From a virus (lineage: Duplodnaviria > Caudoviricetes): 56,076 nt of DNA. Below the pieces are notes generated by a model. That model was not told where the DNA came from and did no database searches. It saw nothing but the letters and a program-made list of their open reading frames with translations. Location: positions 1 through 56,076 of IMG/VR virus record IMGVR_UViG_3300024240_000004, one strand, 5' to 3'. Shown piece by piece: positions 52,263 to 56,076 of this stretch (its first letter is position 1; each line of letters begins with the position of its first letter). The translations under genes were made by a program, and so were the position numbers.

Positions 52263-52882
52263 CAATAACAGAAGAATTATTTAATAAAATAATAGAAATA
52301 TCTGATCAAGTTAAAAACTTAGGAAAAGATTTAACTCCAATTTTACCGGCATTAGCAGAAATCTTTGCAAGTTCAATCGATACTAATACCTTAGTTGGCG
52401 GGCGTTGGGACGGCGACGTGTCCAATATAGGATTATTCAGCGGCGGCTCCCAAAAATGGGCGCCGCTCGCTGAATCGACTAAGAAAGGTTATTTAAAAAG
52501 AGGTATAACAAATTTACAAAGGACGCTTAATAGGAATGCCGGAGGTCTCCAAAGTTCAATTGAAATTTTGCCAATAGGAAAGTCCTCAATTAAATTTGGA
52601 ATTAAATCCGGTTCGTCTCCAAAAATTTACGCCGCTATTCAAAACTTTGGCGGTACCATTATGATAAAAGAAAAAAAACGAACTTTACGCTTTCGTTATT
52701 CCGATACTGGCGCTACTTTATTTGTAAAGAAAAAAGCAAAAGGCAAGGGATTATTTGATCAAGATGTAACAATACCTGCTCATCAAATCAAAATTCCGGC
52801 AAGCCCTTATCTTGTTTTACAACAAGAAGACTTAGAACTCGCTTATGAAATTTTAACCGATTACTTGCAAAATAATTTATAA
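52259..52882 (+). CDS. virion morphogenesis protein (Mu gpG-like)
   Basis: WAPLAEST, LQSSI, YAAIQNFGG, IPASPYL. Confidence 0.85.
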   Translation: MTITEELFNKIIEISDQVKNLGKDLTPILPALAEIFASSIDTNTLVGGRWDGDVSNIGLFSGGSQKWAPLAESTKKGYLKRGITNLQRTLNRNAGGLQSSIEILPIGKSSIKFGIKSGSSPKIYAAIQNFGGTIMIKEKKRTLRFRYSDTGATLFVKKKAKGKGLFDQDVTIPAHQIKIPASPYLVLQQEDLELAYEILTDYLQNNL

Positions 52883-53038
52883 ATCTTTTTGATAAGTATT
52901 ACACTCTATAATTGCGTCATATTGTTTTTCTTCCAATTCATTTAATGGATAAATATCGCAAGCAAATTTGACTATATCCATTCCACACTCTGGAATAACA
53001 AATTTACAAGTGTCGCAAAGGTTAATTATTCCTTTCAT
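52877..53038 (-). CDS. small Cys-rich protein (53 aa)
   Basis: MKGIINLCDTCKFVIPEC...IIECNTYQKDL*. Confidence 0.55.
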   Translation of the reverse strand: MKGIINLCDTCKFVIPECGMDIVKFACDIYPLNELEEKQYDAIIECNTYQKDL

Positions 53039-53108
53039 AACTGTCTCTTATTAAACTATAAATAATTAAACCGTAAATTGCTATTGTTAAGATATAAACG
53101 AAAATCAT
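53022..53108 (-). CDS. small membrane peptide (28 aa)
   Basis: SD TAGGAG; MIFVYILTIAIYGLIIYSLIRDSYERNN*. Confidence 0.45.
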   Translation of the reverse strand: MIFVYILTIAIYGLIIYSLIRDSYERNN

Positions 53109-53137
53109 TTTAAACTCCTAATAATTTTTAATAAATT

Positions 53138-53173
53138 GAGTTGTAAAGTAATTCTTTACAACTCTTTTTTTTT
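53138..53173 (+). terminator. terminator of packaging arm
   Basis: GAGTTGTAAAG/CTTTACAACTC plus T9. Confidence 0.8.
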
Positions 53174-53176
53174 AAA

Positions 53177-54325
53177 TTAAATTTTAATCCCGCAAGGCGT
53201 TTTCTCGCCAGTGTCTTTATTGATAAATTGAAGAAATTTAAAAGCGTCCTTAAAATCTACATCGCATAAAAAGTGTAGTTGTATTTCCGCAGTTTCAACA
53301 TTATAACCTATTATAGTATCTATATTTCCATCTTTATCAATTACCTGTCTCCCAATATTTGGCATAAATTCTTCTAATGTTTGGAACGCGCGATAAGTAG
53401 GCTTTGGTATAGGAATTAAATTATTTAATTTACAAGCATATGGATATATGAAATGGTCTCTTTCTCTATTAACTATTATTTCAGTTTTTAGAATTTTGTC
53501 AATAGTACCGACAAAACTACATTCATTTAATCTAAATTCTACTTTTATCGGATCCCCAACTTTTAAATCATTATCCTTGACAAACTTTTGCAATTCATAT
53601 TCTTCTTTCGATATGATTTTTGTAATGGCGAAGTAAGGGATATGCCATAAATAATCTGAATTACAACTTTTTTCAACGTTAATACATTCGAATTCATTGG
53701 AATAAAATTTTAGTAATTTACATACATCTTCAAGAGCATCAGCGCAAGGTCTATCAAATCCTTTCTCTCCATATTTCCACGCTTTAAACTCTACATAATC
53801 CCCAATACTTAGCTTATTATTTTTTAACCATTCAACTTGTAATTCTGCATATGACGGTTCTTTTATGAGTTCTAAGGCAAAATAAGGAACGAAATAAGTA
53901 TCGGCATTTCCTGTTATTGAACGAATACCAACACGATCATTAGCTAAAAAAGTAATCAATACATTATTATTAATTTTTATTGGAGTGCCAATTGAATTAA
54001 ACGTAATTCCTTTTTCACCTTTTTCCCAACTTCTTACAAGTTTCGCTTTATCGCCAACTTTAACTCCATTCTCTTTAATCCACTTAGCCTGCAATTCGGC
54101 ATAAGTTGGAGTGGGAGTGAGGCGATAAGAATTGTCGCTATAAAACTCCGAATATCCTTTCTTTTCCCAAGCGCCACCGCTCCTATGAAGTTCTACATTC
54201 TTATATTCTTTCTTTTCTTCATCCCAGTCAGCTTCTAAAAGGATAAGTCCTAACAACTCGTTTCTTTCTTTGACTGTTAAATTTTCCTTTGCGGATAGCT
54301 CCGCGTATCTTTTTGCGTTATACAT
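53177..54325 (-). CDS. protein with three tandem SH3/KOW-like repeats
   Basis: YAELQ..W.K.N.(V/L)(K/S)(V/I)GD...W..GEKG...PYFA unit repeated. Confidence 0.7.
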   Translation of the reverse strand: MYNAKRYAELSAKENLTVKERNELLGLILLEADWDEEKKEYKNVELHRSGGAWEKKGYSEFYSDNSYRLTPTPTYAELQAKWIKENGVKVGDKAKLVRSWEKGEKGITFNSIGTPIKINNNVLITFLANDRVGIRSITGNADTYFVPYFALELIKEPSYAELQVEWLKNNKLSIGDYVEFKAWKYGEKGFDRPCADALEDVCKLLKFYSNEFECINVEKSCNSDYLWHIPYFAITKIISKEEYELQKFVKDNDLKVGDPIKVEFRLNECSFVGTIDKILKTEIIVNRERDHFIYPYACKLNNLIPIPKPTYRAFQTLEEFMPNIGRQVIDKDGNIDTIIGYNVETAEIQLHFLCDVDFKDAFKFLQFINKDTGEKTPCGIKI

Positions 54326-54623
54326 TTTTAAGCTCCTTATTTATTAAATCTAAAATCAAATCTGAAAGCATAGGCAGTTCATTATCATTTCGACGCTCAA
54401 TTTCTCTGTCTCTTATAACTTCTAATAAATTTCGCATTTGAGCCAAATTTTCCTTATCTTTATTTTTGCAATCATTAATTATATCTAATCTAAAAATTAG
54501 AAGTATGGAGGTAATATTTTCTTTTAAATCTTTTATTATACTATTTTTTAAAGATAAGCCGTAAGAAGCTCTCTTTATAATTTCGTAAATTTCATTGGCG
54601 AGTTCTTTTTCTTTTTCAATCAT
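54318..54623 (-). CDS. hypothetical protein
   Basis: 101 aa, SD AGGAG. Confidence 0.55.
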   Translation of the reverse strand: MIEKEKELANEIYEIIKRASYGLSLKNSIIKDLKENITSILLIFRLDIINDCKNKDKENLAQMRNLLEVIRDREIERRNDNELPMLSDLILDLINKELKNV

Positions 54624-54993
54624 TTTTCTCTCCTAATTTTTCAAAATAAAATTTATCATCGAATGGTTTTATAAATTTTATAACGCCATATTTCAAAGCA
54701 ACTTTTACTAAAAAGATTTTTAAAACTCTTTCGTGCAATGTTTTTAAAAGTTCTCTGAAAGCCTCTAACGGTTCATTTTGAGGCATATAACGTTCGTATC
54801 GTTTGTAAGTATTGCAAGTCTTACAGCTCGGAGTGAGGTTGTTTAAATCGTCTGTACCATTACGGGACTTAGGAATAATGTGTTCGACTTGCATTTCTTT
54901 AATTGTTATTTCACAGCCGCAATAAGCGCAATGACCGTTATATTTAGCATATACTATTTCTCGTTTAGCTGGCGTCATTTTTTTTCTTTTCAA
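54616..54993 (-). CDS. HNH endonuclease
   Basis: GHCAYCG, QVEHIIP, NLTPSCKTCN. Confidence 0.88.
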   Translation of the reverse strand: MKRKKMTPAKREIVYAKYNGHCAYCGCEITIKEMQVEHIIPKSRNGTDDLNNLTPSCKTCNTYKRYERYMPQNEPLEAFRELLKTLHERVLKIFLVKVALKYGVIKFIKPFDDKFYFEKLGEKND

Positions 54994-55174
54994 AAAGTAA
55001 TTGAAAATATTTATTTTCGACTATTATACAAGCATTAGGACGTTTATTATTTCCATGACACCCATATCGGCATGTATAATATTGCTCTATATTATCCCAA
55101 AAAAGCATTTCACAATCAGAGTTGCACTCTCCAGTACTCTTATAACTAATGGTAGTTACTATTTTACCTTTCAT
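54965..55174 (-). CDS. small Cys-rich protein
   Basis: 69 aa, five Cys. Confidence 0.5.
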   Translation of the reverse strand: MKGKIVTTISYKSTGECNSDCEMLFWDNIEQYYTCRYGCHGNNKRPNACIIVENKYFQLLFEKKKNDAS

Positions 55175-55592
55175 TTTCTAAGTCCTTGATTAAATCATTA
55201 ATTGAAAATACAATTCCAACGCAATAGAGTTCTCCATTTTCCATAATATTAAAAGTAGCGTGAGGTATATCAGTTTCGTAAATCCAAGAGCAAAGTGGTT
55301 CTTGAGGCGCAAAAATGGCTTTTATTCGATTCAGTTTTAATTCCCCAAGTATATCCTCAATTATTCCAATTTCGTCTTCCGTAGGGAATTTACCATTTTT
55401 AGTAAATGAAATAGTGCCACCATCAAAACAACCTATTTCGTCATTAATCGCGCCTCTTAATTCGCAAATATCATCTGAATAACCAAAAACAACTACTAAA
55501 CCGTCTTGTTTAGCTTGTTTTTCTTCTTGAGAAGTAATTTCATTCCCATATTCTCTGCCGTCTAATAAAGCGGCTAATTCTTCTTTATTCAT
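55164..55592 (-). CDS. phage hypothetical protein
   Basis: LDGREYG, LVVVFGYSDD..ELRGAI.DE, WIYETDIPHATF.I.E.GE.YC.GIVF resemble a recurring phage family (recalled, not searched). Confidence 0.75.
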   Translation of the reverse strand: MNKEELAALLDGREYGNEITSQEEKQAKQDGLVVVFGYSDDICELRGAINDEIGCFDGGTISFTKNGKFPTEDEIGIIEDILGELKLNRIKAIFAPQEPLCSWIYETDIPHATFNIMENGELYCVGIVFSINDLIKDLENER

Positions 55593-55768
55593 TTTTCTAA
55601 GTCCTTAATTTGTTTGATTAATAATTTCTTATTAGCCCCTAAGTCGAACAACGTATCCAAATAAATAACCACAGAATTATTATTTGATTGAATTTTTTCT
55701 ATTTTTAAAACCACATTCGCCAACTCAATTTTGAGAACATCGATTTTAGATTTGATTTCTGGCGTCAT
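55589..55768 (-). CDS. small hypothetical protein (59 aa)
   Basis: ATGA coupling at both ends. Confidence 0.55.
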   Translation of the reverse strand: MTPEIKSKIDVLKIELANVVLKIEKIQSNNNSVVIYLDTLFDLGANKKLLIKQIKDLEK

Positions 55769-55983
55769 AATTTTGCTCTGTGTTTAATGATAAAAACGTC
55801 TTTTTCAAAAAGATAGCAAGCGTCATCTTTACATTTTATTTTTAAAAGTTTGTTATGCGTTCTGTTGCTTTTCGTTTTTCCGCAATAGAAAAAGAATTTG
55901 GAATTGCATTTCCATTTTTGGATATGCTTACAATTTCTGCATTTATTTAGGTTCTCTTTTGAAATTTCAAATAATTGATTCAT
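55765..55983 (-). CDS. small Cys-rich protein
   Basis: CRNCKH..C..YC..C..AC. Confidence 0.6.
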   Translation of the reverse strand: MNQLFEISKENLNKCRNCKHIQKWKCNSKFFFYCGKTKSNRTHNKLLKIKCKDDACYLFEKDVFIIKHRAKL

Positions 55984-56076
55984 TTTTGCAACTCCAGAAG
56001 TGAAATTCCGTATTCAATAATTTTATTTACATAATCCGCACAAGCCGCATTAGCCGCCGCATAAGTCGCATAATAC
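55980..56076 (-). CDS. 3' part of junction-spanning Imm5-like/Ala-rich protein
   Basis: In-frame continuation VYYATYAAANAACADYVNKIIEYGISLLELQK*, stop overlaps next ATG (ATGA at 55983-55980). Confidence 0.75.
   Translation of the reverse strand, partial: YYATYAAANAACADYVNKIIEYGISLLELQK

Larger units (their letters stand above)
1..56076. mobile_element. Complete circularly permuted tailed-phage genome (probable siphovirus, Mu-like head genes, FCB-group host)
   Basis: Terminase, portal, protease, capsid, tape measure, lysis and replication genes all present; ORF starting at 440 continues in frame across the junction to a TGA at 55980-55982; no host housekeeping genes seen. Confidence 0.9.

Noticed and set aside
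48899-52882. Transposable Mu-like phage
   Set aside because: Only head genes are Mu-like; no DDE transposase, MuB or host-DNA ends seen

Overview
The window appears to be a complete, circularly permuted ~56 kb AT-rich tailed-phage genome; one ORF reads in frame across the 56076/1 junction. No tail sheath is recognisable and the tape measure is 1763 aa, so it is probably a siphovirus. Minus-strand early/replication arm (52.9 kb -> end -> 17 kb): YqaJ exonuclease plus RecT-like annealase, a lambda-O-like initiator with internal iterons, SSB, VRR-NUC, HNH nucleases and a C5 DNA methyltransferase locus. A small accessory cassette lies at 17.3-20.3 kb. The minus-strand capsid/lysis/tail arm (20.4-42.1 kb) and the plus-strand packaging arm (42.2-52.9 kb: NinG, ParB-like/ABC-GNAT/DUF4417-like genes, terminase, Mu-like portal, papain-like protease, Mu gpF/gpG-like genes) are driven from overlapping divergent promoters. 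Promoters match the Bacteroidota-type TTTG-N20-TAnnTTTG consensus, yet genes carry Shine-Dalgarno motifs, suggesting a non-Bacteroidia FCB host. No integrase, transposase, polymerase, RT or CRISPR array was recognised. Most notable: (1) the methyltransferase catalytic motif is written GGFP-stop-stop-PCQ inside a hairpin (candidate ribosomal hop), and the gene also has an in-frame HTH-HNH insertion and an overlapping alternative-frame beta subunit; (2) an RNA regulatory layer: three promoter/attenuator leaders, a possible trans-acting antisense match between two distant loci, a ~400-nt structured ncRNA candidate, an sRNA and two tRNA-like mini-elements; (3) a Gly-rich/CCC coiled-coil cassette and a C1 protease inside the head operon. 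All family assignments come from motif recognition by eye, not database searches.
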